52,880 nt of DNA from an uncultured Gammaproteobacteria bacterium. Its GTDB lineage: Bacteria > Patescibacteriota > Patescibacteriia > Magasanikbacterales > JBBTXJ01. The DNA lies in assembly GCA_964636345.1 (NCBI GenBank), contig CAZWRL010000002.1, positions 1-52,880 of the forward strand, in the 5' to 3' direction. Numbering within the stretch: position 1 is the stretch's first letter; each line of letters starts with the position of its first letter. The position numbers and the translations under genes were made by a program. Shown one piece after another: positions 39,106 to 46,466 of the stretch. A model generated the notes under the pieces. That model worked only from the letters and a program-made list of their open reading frames with translations, made no database searches and had not been told where the DNA came from.

Positions 39106-40971
39106 ATGATTGCAGAAGTAGTGCCGCTCCGCAGATTACCACGAAAACTCTCCACCCTGGACTATAAAATCCCGACGGGTCTTTCGGTGAAACCCGGCTC
39201 ATTGGTGGCCATTCCTTTCCGGGGCAAAAAGGTTTTTGGAGTGGTCATTGGCACAAAAACAAAAATAACCGTGCCTAAAACAATGCTTCAAAACATTACT
39301 GAAGCGGTTTTTTTGGAGCCGCTGCTCGCGTCCCAACATCTCGCGCTCGCACGCTCTATTTCGGAACACTATCAAACGCCGCTTGGCACTGTTATGGCCG
39401 CGCAGTGTCCGCCGCTTCAACCGCGCAAACTACGCGATATAAAAATTTCGCCTTTTTCTGCGATTAAACGGAAGGTCGGCGAGGAGCGGTACTTGTGGTA
39501 TCACCAACCCGAAGAAAAACAGCGCTGGGTTATCGCCAATCTTTCCGCAAGCACGCCTGGACAAACGCTCATTGTGGTGCCGGAAAAATGGCATATTCGC
39601 GAATGGCAGATCATACTCTCGTCATTTGTGGCGGCAGAACAGATTGCGGTTATCACCAGTGACGCGTCAGTTAAAGACGCTTTTACCTCGTACTTCACGG
39701 CGCGCAACGGTGAGGCGCGAGTTATTCTGGGAACTAAAACTGCGCTTTTTGCGCCTTTTCATAATCTCACGTCCGTCATTCTAGATTTTGAACACCATCC
39801 GTCGCATAAAAACTGGGATCAGGCGCCCCGATACCACGCAGGGGAGGTTGCAGGACAACTCGCGGCGCTTTCACATGCATCGCTTTTTGTCATGAGCCAC
39901 ACACCGTCCGTAACAAGCGCGGTACGGTTGCAAAATCATCCGGCAATGCGGAGCGGCGATACTCAAAATATCGTCGTTGCTGATTTAAAAGAAGAACGCC
40001 AGAAAAAAAATTATGGTGTCTGGAGTGATACCGCCGCGGGCGGTTTACAAAAAGCACTATTGGAACGCAAAGATATTGTTGTGTTTAATCATCGCCGCGG
40101 AGCGCACACGAGCGTCGTGTGTCAGGATTGTGGACGCGCGGCACGTTGTCCAAACTGTTCACTGCCGCTCATACACCACGAACACGCCAATATACTTGCC
40201 TGCCATCCATGTCATCTGACGCAACCCATGGTAGCGACCTGTGCCTTCTGTCACGGACCGTCAATGAAATTTTTAGGAGTGGGAACCGAGCAGGTTGCAA
40301 ACGAACTCACAAAAATACTTCATGGACATCCGTACCACATGATAACTATTGAAGGTGAGACCATTCCGGCATCGCTGCCGGTAGATAAACCCGTGGCAAT
40401 TATTGGCACCTCGCGCGCGTTCCCATTTATTCGCTTTGGACGCGTTGGAGCCGTGTGTATCATTGATGCGGACAACTATCTTTCTATTCCAGAATTTCAT
40501 GCAAGCGAAGAATTTTTAGGATTCATCAGGGATATTCATTACGCCATGCCACGCGCGGCAACGCTCTATCTACAAACCCGAGAGCCGTATCGTCCTCTCA
40601 TTACCGCGCTCAAAACGGGTGCGCTTGGCGGTTGGTATCGCGAAGAATTATCCCTGCGACGCGCGCTGCATTATCCGCCTTTTTGGTCTATACTCAAGTT
40701 AAGCTACCTTGCCCAAACACGCGAGGAAACGGAAAAAACTGCCACGCTTGTTTTTGCTAAACTGAAGATGTTGACGAAAGACAAGCGGAGCGTTATGCTG
40801 ACTCCTCCGTACGGAATCCATCCGCCGCGCAAAATTAACCAACACGGAGTAGTGTTACTCGTGCGCATGCCGCCGGAGGAAGCAAAGATACATTTTCCAA
40901 ATATGCTTGAAAAATTAAACCTAGCTGTCGGCTGGAAAATAGATGTTAACCCGTTGCAGTTATTAAGCTAA
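39106..40971 (+). CDS. priA: PriA-like primosomal protein N' with degenerate helicase/ATPase motifs
   Basis: N-terminal 3' DNA-binding domain (VVPLRRLPRKLSTLDYKIP). The Cys-rich zinc region (CQDCGRAARCPNCSLPLIHHEH...CHPCH...CAFCHG) and the RVILGTKTALFAP block are retained. No GxGKT motif is present, DEEH is replaced by DFEHH, and QVAGRAGR is replaced by DIHYAMPR. Confidence 0.8.
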   Translation: MIAEVVPLRRLPRKLSTLDYKIPTGLSVKPGSLVAIPFRGKKVFGVVIGTKTKITVPKTMLQNITEAVFLEPLLASQHLALARSISEHYQTPLGTVMAAQCPPLQPRKLRDIKISPFSAIKRKVGEERYLWYHQPEEKQRWVIANLSASTPGQTLIVVPEKWHIREWQIILSSFVAAEQIAVITSDASVKDAFTSYFTARNGEARVILGTKTALFAPFHNLTSVILDFEHHPSHKNWDQAPRYHAGEVAGQLAALSHASLFVMSHTPSVTSAVRLQNHPAMRSGDTQNIVVADLKEERQKKNYGVWSDTAAGGLQKALLERKDIVVFNHRRGAHTSVVCQDCGRAARCPNCSLPLIHHEHANILACHPCHLTQPMVATCAFCHGPSMKFLGVGTEQVANELTKILHGHPYHMITIEGETIPASLPVDKPVAIIGTSRAFPFIRFGRVGAVCIIDADNYLSIPEFHASEEFLGFIRDIHYAMPRAATLYLQTREPYRPLITALKTGALGGWYREELSLRRALHYPPFWSILKLSYLAQTREETEKTATLVFAKLKMLTKDKRSVMLTPPYGIHPPRKINQHGVVLLVRMPPEEAKIHFPNMLEKLNLAVGWKIDVNPLQLLS

Positions 40972-41480
40972 TGAAACACCGCTTACCCATCGTCACCCAC
41001 CCTGAAAACCACTCACTCCACGAGCGGTGTCGTGACGTCTCCCCGGAAGAATTACCGACGGCAAAAATGAAACAATTAATCCGCGACATGATTCACACCA
41101 TGTATAAAGATGACGGCATCGGTATTGCGGCGCCGCAAGTTGGTCTCAATATGCGGTTTGCGATTATTGGCAAAGCGGCAGCCGGGACACGCAAAGATTT
41201 GGTGGTTTGCAATCCCACGTATGTGCCGTTAAATGCTGAAACGACAACCGAACAAGAGGGGTGTCTATCGGTGCCCGGCGTGTGGGGCGATACGCCGCGC
41301 CATACTAAAATACAGGTGCGTTACCTGGCGGAGGACGGCACGTCACATGAGGGGGTTGCCACTGATTTTTTCGCGCGCGTGCTCCAGCACGAAATTGATC
41401 ATCTTGATGGCGTCTTATTTATTGACCGCGCCAAAAAAACCTGGAAAGCGGATCGAAAACCAACGTATCCAATGGTATGA
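40971..41480 (+). CDS. def: peptide deformylase
   Basis: GIGIAAPQVG, EGCLSVPG and HEIDHLDG motifs. Confidence 0.95.
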   Translation: MKHRLPIVTHPENHSLHERCRDVSPEELPTAKMKQLIRDMIHTMYKDDGIGIAAPQVGLNMRFAIIGKAAAGTRKDLVVCNPTYVPLNAETTTEQEGCLSVPGVWGDTPRHTKIQVRYLAEDGTSHEGVATDFFARVLQHEIDHLDGVLFIDRAKKTWKADRKPTYPMV

Positions 41481-42439
41481 AGATAGTATTTTTTGGCACC
41501 CATACGCTTGCAATCGCCATTCTTCAAACGTTGACACAAGCATCAACGTTTGAGATTTGCGCGGCGGTGACACAGCCGGATAAACCGGCGGGGCGCGGTT
41601 ATAAATCCGAATCGCCACCCATCAAACGTTTTGCTGAAAACGCCGGGCTACCGGTTTTGCAATATAAAAAATTGAACGACGATGCCGTGGCCGCACTCCG
41701 CGCGTATAACGCTGATATTTTTATTGTCGCTGAATATGGCGTGCTCATACCCGAAGTCATACTTTCCATTCCGCGACATGGTACGCTGAATGTGCACCCA
41801 TCGCTTTTGCCGAATTATCGTGGCGCCTCGCCCATTCAATCCGCTATTTTTGCCGGTGAGACAAAAACCGGTGTCTCAATTATCCTACTTGATAAAGAAA
41901 TGGATCACGGGCCCATCCTCGCCCAAAAAGAATGCGCCATCGATGACCGGGATACGGCAGTGACGCTTGAGGCAACGCTCGGCCGATTGGGCGCGCGTCT
42001 TTTAATTGATATGTTGCCAAAATGGGTTACGGGCAACATACAACCCCGCGAACAAGATCACGCGCGCGCGACGTTCTGTAAAAAACTCACACGAGAATCC
42101 GGACGCATTGATTGGACGCAATCCGCAGAAAAAATACATCGTATGTGGCGGGCTTACCTTCCGTGGCCGGGAATTTTTACGATGTGGAATGGGAAACGGT
42201 TGAAGTTGACGTCTCTACTTTTGGAGATGCTGAAACGGGCCTGCCCCGGACCGCGATCCGGTGTTCAGCATGACAAAGAACCCGGCATCCCCTTTCTCAC
42301 TCCCGATAAAAACCTCGCCATCGCCTGCGGCACCGACGCCATTATCGTGGAGCGCCTGCAGTTGGAAGGCAAAAAGGAACTTGACGCCGCCGCCTTTCTC
42401 CGCGGCTCTACAACATTTATTGGCGCAAAACTCGGTTGA
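41477..42439 (+). CDS. fmt: methionyl-tRNA formyltransferase
   Basis: KIVFFGT, the TQPDKPAGRG motif and NVHPSLLPNYRGASPIQ. ATGA overlap with def. Confidence 0.95.
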   Translation: MKIVFFGTHTLAIAILQTLTQASTFEICAAVTQPDKPAGRGYKSESPPIKRFAENAGLPVLQYKKLNDDAVAALRAYNADIFIVAEYGVLIPEVILSIPRHGTLNVHPSLLPNYRGASPIQSAIFAGETKTGVSIILLDKEMDHGPILAQKECAIDDRDTAVTLEATLGRLGARLLIDMLPKWVTGNIQPREQDHARATFCKKLTRESGRIDWTQSAEKIHRMWRAYLPWPGIFTMWNGKRLKLTSLLLEMLKRACPGPRSGVQHDKEPGIPFLTPDKNLAIACGTDAIIVERLQLEGKKELDAAAFLRGSTTFIGAKLG

Positions 42440-42456
42440 TTAGGCACACTATTCCC

Positions 42457-43866
42457 ATGTCTCGTGTTACTAAGCACACCCTTCTCTTTACCACTGCCTT
42501 TCTTGCGTTGCACGAACTCTCACTCATTGCGTTTTTTGTTGAGCCGCTCCGGCCGGTGTTATTTTTGATCCTGCTCGGTGCAGTAGCAGTATTCGTATTT
42601 TGGAAACCACACTATGCGGCAATTCCCATTATTCTTGAACTCCTGCTTGATTCCAGCGGCCATTTGTTTGAGTGGCGTGGATTGTCGTTGCGACTTTTAA
42701 CACTTGTGGTTGCGATAGTTGCGTGGTTATATCACGCAATCCGCGCGCGACAACTTGTTACTAAATTAAAAACACCGTTTACATTATTCTACCTGGCCAT
42801 TCTCACGATTGTTGCGCTGGCGGCGTATAACGGTTATCACAGTGGGCATGCGGTACAATCAATCATTGCGGATGCGATACCATTTTTGTATTTGGCGCTG
42901 TGGTATCCATTTCGTGAATTATTCCCTGAACGGAGCGGAGCGGAGTCGAAGGGTAGCGCTTCAACAAGCTCAGCGCACAATTTATTGATGTCACTCATCC
43001 TCGGCTCCTTCCTCGGCGCCGCGATATTGTCGCTCATAACACTCTTTCTTTTTTCATCCGGCTTGCAGGAAATTCACGGGTCGTTCTACACCTGGTGGCG
43101 TGATTGGGTGGCTGGAAAAGCAACAAGCACCGGCTTTGGATTTTTTCGCATCGTAACACCGTTGCATTTGTTCTTGACCGCGTTGGTGCCATTCGTGGTG
43201 CACCAACTACGTCATCAGCGATATGGCGCATTGCTTATCGTGACAACCCTCCTTGTCCCCGTTCTCAACTTCTCCCGCATTTATTTTCTCGCCATCATTC
43301 CCTCGACACTCGTGATGGCGTGGAAATTACCGTGGAAAAAAGTGGCGCTCACGCTTATTTTAATCGGCACTATTTCACTTGCCGAATACACACTTATCAA
43401 TCTCGCTGCATCGCGCGGTACATCGCTCGGATTTGAATTTATCACCAAACAATCGCGTGGAATTATCGACCCGGAATCAGAGGCATCCGCCTCCGCGCGC
43501 GCGGCCATACTCCCCCATTTGATTGAAAAAATAAAAAATCGCCCTGTGTTGGGCGAGGGACTCGGCACAACGGTCACCTATTACAATACATTTTTACAAA
43601 AAAAATTAGCCACCCCGCATCTTGACTGGGGGTACTTAGAGCTTGCGGTGGAATTTGGCATTATCGCCGCAATCTTCTTCCTCGCTGTGCTCATTTGGCT
43701 TCTGTGGTGGATCCGCGAGAGCACTCTCGGCGCCAGCGTCCTTGTGTTTCTTCTTGTAACAACACTCACCGCCCCCACACTTTTTCACGCCTACGGAATT
43801 TCGCTTATTTTAGCGATTTTTATGACAACTTTCCAACCAAAACTTGACAAGAATTCTCCGGCGTGA
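42457..43866 (+). CDS. O-antigen ligase/polymerase-like (Wzy_C) polytopic membrane protein
   Basis: At least 10 hydrophobic segments and a periplasmic-loop region. The ORF is open from a TTG at 42436. Contains an in-frame repeat-derived segment (ERSGAESKGSASTSSAHN). Confidence 0.7.
   Translation: MSRVTKHTLLFTTAFLALHELSLIAFFVEPLRPVLFLILLGAVAVFVFWKPHYAAIPIILELLLDSSGHLFEWRGLSLRLLTLVVAIVAWLYHAIRARQLVTKLKTPFTLFYLAILTIVALAAYNGYHSGHAVQSIIADAIPFLYLALWYPFRELFPERSGAESKGSASTSSAHNLLMSLILGSFLGAAILSLITLFLFSSGLQEIHGSFYTWWRDWVAGKATSTGFGFFRIVTPLHLFLTALVPFVVHQLRHQRYGALLIVTTLLVPVLNFSRIYFLAIIPSTLVMAWKLPWKKVALTLILIGTISLAEYTLINLAASRGTSLGFEFITKQSRGIIDPESEASASARAAILPHLIEKIKNRPVLGEGLGTTVTYYNTFLQKKLATPHLDWGYLELAVEFGIIAAIFFLAVLIWLLWWIRESTLGASVLVFLLVTTLTAPTLFHAYGISLILAIFMTTFQPKLDKNSPA
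42926..42985 (+). repeat. palindromic repeat element inserted in frame in the ligase-like gene
   Basis: GAACGGAGCGGAGCGGAGTCGAAGGGTAGCGCTTCAACAAGCTCAGCGC shares the GAGCGNAGTCGA(A/G)GG core with the element at 44498-44553. It contains an AGCGC/GCGCT hairpin. Confidence 0.5.
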
Positions 43867-43872
43867 TACTGT
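43844..43872 (+). promoter_or_regulatory. candidate promoter of the structured RNA
   Basis: TTGACA (43844-43849), a 17-nt spacer, then TGaTACTGT (-10 at 43867-43872). It overlaps the ligase-like gene stop codon. Confidence 0.45.
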
Positions 43873-44126
43873 ATTAAACATAAAAGTAAACCCCGTTGGC
43901 TCAAGGCGGCTGGCGGGTACCATCAACCGAAGAAAGGCGGGCGATAAAAAATGCGCGTTTCCACGTCCTGACAAGGCCGAGGACGCGTCATTGTGCTCCG
44001 CGGCCACGGAGCACCTCCCGTCTTGAAGGAAGATGGTCTTAAGCCGGAACACCCGCGGGGCTTGGAGGGCGCCCCCTCTGAGTCCCGCGGGTACACATTC
44101 AAATCCCGCGCCGTAAAGACGATGGG

Positions 44127-44142
44127 TCCCGACTTGTCGGGA
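44127..44142. repeat. 16-nt palindrome TCCCGACTTGTCGGGA (copy inside the structured RNA)
   Basis: The stem sequence is identical to the copy at 29998-30013, and a close variant lies at 45022-45039. Confidence 0.7.
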
Positions 44143-44436
44143 TGATACCGTCGGCACACGGCGCGAATGAACGGGGGCTCGTGACGGGAAACCGTGCGCG
44201 CTCCACAGTCCTGCCGCTAGGGGAAAGCACCGGAGACGTCCGGAACGCTACTAGCGGTATCTTCCCCTCGTGTGGTGCTGCAGCACCGTAGTCCGCCGTT
44301 GGACGACGGCGTGCCAATACTCCCCAGTTGGGGTGAGGTGGCGAGGTTAGTTTTCCTTCCCTTGTGTGACGGGTACAAACCGTTTCTGGGCTGCCTGTCA
44401 GTGGTCCAGACATCCTCTGGGTGCGCAGAGGACTTG

Positions 44437-44488
44437 CCCCTCGTGAGCGCTGATCGACGGATCAGTACTCGCGAGGGGTTTTTTATTT
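44437..44488 (+). terminator. strong Rho-independent terminator
   Basis: A 19-nt arm, CCCCTCGTGAGCGCTGATC, a gacg loop, then GATCAGTACTCGCGAGGGG (one U-G pair and one 2x2 internal loop), followed by TTTTTTATTT. Confidence 0.85.
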
Positions 44489-44497
44489 GACGCGAAG

Positions 44498-44553
44498 CGT
44501 CATTGAGATTCCTCGACTCCGTTCGCTTTCGACTCACTTCGCTCGGAATGACG
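44498..44553. repeat. palindromic repeat element at the GT2 gene 3' end (supplies its last codons and stop)
   Basis: CGTCATT (44498-44504) pairs with AATGACG (44547-44553). Inside are two tandem units of about 17 nt (minus strand AGCGAAGTGAGTCGAA and AGCGAACGGAGTCGAG). The GT2 stop codon TGA (44534-44536) lies within the element. Confidence 0.55.
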
Positions 44554-45319
44554 AAAGGCCGTGTTTTTCCAAAATAACCCGCTCCGCTTCGCGATACCGC
44601 CGCACTTCGCGCGGTGTCCAGCCGAAGATGGGCCATGGAATTTTGTGAACAAATGATGGCAACCACACGCTCATGCCGCTTTTACGTGGCGTGATAGAAA
44701 ACAACACCTCCGGCACCCACACGCCGGTTTTTTTTTGCGCAAGCATCATGAGCCACAAATCCCAGTCCTGAAATTTTTTTAATGATTCATCGAATCCTGA
44801 AAAATCTTTTGCGCGAATCAAACTCGTCGTCGTAATATACGGCATTTCCCGCAAGCGCTCTGCAGAAAACGATCCACACGTAAATGTTTTGAATCCAAAT
44901 TTGAACGACGAATACGCGTACGACACCTCCGGATGTTCCGCAAGCGCGCGATGCATTTTTTCTAAATAGTCGGGATGCATGGTGACATCGGCGTCGCAGA
45001 AGATAATATGGTCATCCTGGAGCCCCGACTTGTCGGGGCGATAGGATCCCGACTGGATTCTATCGTCGCCCGCGGCAGGCTCCTCCAGAATGACAGAAAA
45101 TCCTCTGTTTCTCGCCGCCGCCGCGCCGCGATTTTCTTGCCGAACAAACGTGATAGGCAATTTGTTCTCCCATGCACGGACAACCACTTCCGGATTATCC
45201 GTACTGCCGTCATCCACAATGACAATACGATCCGGCCGTAGCGTTTGCCCATTCAAAGAAGAAAGGCACTCCCCGAGTGCCTCCGCGTGATTGTAAACTG
45301 GAATAACGACGTAAAGCAT
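44534..45319 (-). CDS. family 2 glycosyltransferase
   Basis: VVIPVYNHAEALGECLSSL...IVIVDDGSTDN...ENRGAAAARNRG...FCDADV is a GT-A fold signature. An in-frame insert of about 25 aa lies between the ARN and DxD motifs. Confidence 0.9.
   Translation of the reverse strand: MLYVVIPVYNHAEALGECLSSLNGQTLRPDRIVIVDDGSTDNPEVVVRAWENKLPITFVRQENRGAAAARNRGFSVILEEPAAGDDRIQSGSYRPDKSGLQDDHIIFCDADVTMHPDYLEKMHRALAEHPEVSYAYSSFKFGFKTFTCGSFSAERLREMPYITTTSLIRAKDFSGFDESLKKFQDWDLWLMMLAQKKTGVWVPEVLFSITPRKSGMSVWLPSFVHKIPWPIFGWTPREVRRYREAERVILEKHGLSSFRAK
45022..45039. repeat. variant palindrome GCCCCGACTTGTCGGGGC inserted in frame in the GT2 gene
   Basis: Translated on the minus strand as YRPDKSG. A half-copy, GGATCCCGAC, follows at 45045-45054. 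Confidence 0.65.
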
Positions 45320-45322
45320 ATC

Positions 45323-46462
45323 CTATTTTTTCAATGCATCAAGCACTTTCTTTGCCTGCGCTTCCCACGTGAATTCCTTCAAAACGCGCTGCCTGGCGGC
45401 CTCCCCAAGCTGCTGCCGCAACGCCACGTCTTTCATGAGCTTTAACACAGCATCGCGCACCTCTTCGGGCTTCTCGCCATCAACGAGCACTCCTGTTTTA
45501 CCATCAAGCACCGCCTCCGGACAACCGCCCGCTCTTCCGGAAATAACGGCCTTGCCAAACAACCCCGCTTCCAAATAGACAATCCCCCATCCCTCAACAT
45601 CGGCGCCAATCTGGATTGATGGCATCACAAAAACATCGCAGAGGGTGTACCACGCGGCCAAATCCGTGTCATCAACGCGCCCAATGAACCGCGTGGCATG
45701 CTGCAAATCATATTTGTTAATAATCTTTCCGAGTTCATCCGCGTAATCGCCCAAGCCAATAATACACCATACGATACTCGGGTCAACCTTCAGAATGTCC
45801 GGCAACACTTCCGCCACGCTCTGAAGTCCCTTGCGTTTCACCAAACGCGCAACGCTCAATAACACTTTACGAGTGCCGAGCACATAGCGATTCCGTAAAT
45901 TATTCAACGTGTCTTTACTCACCTGTACGCCAATAATATTGGTATTGGGACAGGGATACGCAACAACCGCGCGACGCACCGGAAATCCCTCTAATTGTTT
46001 CCGCGCGAAATTACTGTTTGCCACAATAAAATCCGCGCCCGCGAGCACGCGACGCAACCACCATCGCTTGATACGGCTCTTACGAGCAAGCGACACATCC
46101 AAACCATGAACGTGCACCGCATACTTTATCTTTTTTAATTTGCCAACGAGCCACGCCACTTGGCCAATGGGAAGCACGTGATGGACAAGAATATAATCAT
46201 AGGAATCCGGCCGGAGATCGCGGTACAAATACCATGCCAAACGCAACCAGTGCGGAAAAATGAAACGAAAGAAAAATGGCAAGCGCCGCAATTGTTTGTC
46301 CGCAAGATTCTCGGCGGTCTCTTGATCATCCTCGCCAAGCGGTAACGCGGCCACCCACACCTCTTCTCCCGCCTTACGAAATTCTTTAATTTCGTTCTCA
46401 ATATAGGTGGCGATGCCGCCGCGATCAGGTGGATATTCAACCGTCAAAAAAAGATGTCTCAT
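45323..46462 (-). CDS. family 4 (GT-B, GT1-like) glycosyltransferase
   Basis: C-terminal EGWGIVYLEAGLFGKAVISGRAGGCPEAV matches the E-x7-E region of GT4 enzymes. Confidence 0.9.
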   Translation of the reverse strand: MRHLFLTVEYPPDRGGIATYIENEIKEFRKAGEEVWVAALPLGEDDQETAENLADKQLRRLPFFFRFIFPHWLRLAWYLYRDLRPDSYDYILVHHVLPIGQVAWLVGKLKKIKYAVHVHGLDVSLARKSRIKRWWLRRVLAGADFIVANSNFARKQLEGFPVRRAVVAYPCPNTNIIGVQVSKDTLNNLRNRYVLGTRKVLLSVARLVKRKGLQSVAEVLPDILKVDPSIVWCIIGLGDYADELGKIINKYDLQHATRFIGRVDDTDLAAWYTLCDVFVMPSIQIGADVEGWGIVYLEAGLFGKAVISGRAGGCPEAVLDGKTGVLVDGEKPEEVRDAVLKLMKDVALRQQLGEAARQRVLKEFTWEAQAKKVLDALKK

Positions 46463-46466
46463 AGTG

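Larger units (their letters stand above)
43880..44488 (+). ncRNA. unclassified GC-rich, highly structured RNA candidate (about 600 nt)
   Basis: At least 10 hairpins, listed here. 43993-44014 has an 8-bp stem. 44052-44091 is an 18-bp helix with three G-U pairs. 44107-44165 is a multi-stem domain. 44184-44195 has a GAAA tetraloop. 44214-44266 has interleaved pairings forming a possible pseudoknot. The others are 44294-44311, 44322-44333, 44368-44384 and 44414-44431. G-U wobbles fit only the plus strand. It ends in a strong intrinsic terminator and contains no convincing ORF. Confidence 0.45.

Noticed and set aside
44084-44115. tRNA-like T-arm (GCGGG ... TTCAAATCCCGC)
   Set aside because: The loop would be 13 nt rather than 7. 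There is no D-arm, anticodon arm or acceptor pairing around it. It pairs better into the long helices of the structured RNA.
43880-44488. Assignment of the structured RNA to RNase P RNA, tmRNA or SRP RNA
   Set aside because: In the sense (plus) orientation there is no GGAAAGUCC or ACAGAA..CCGGCUUA (RNase P P4 strands). There is no GGUUCGAnUCC T-arm followed by an acceptor strand and CCA, and no plausible tag reading frame. There is no GGAA-tetraloop SRP helix 8 motif. The 8-mer CCGGCUUA occurs only on the minus strand (44040-44047), whereas the G-U wobble pattern of several helices and the terminator fit only the plus strand. A covariance-model search is still needed.
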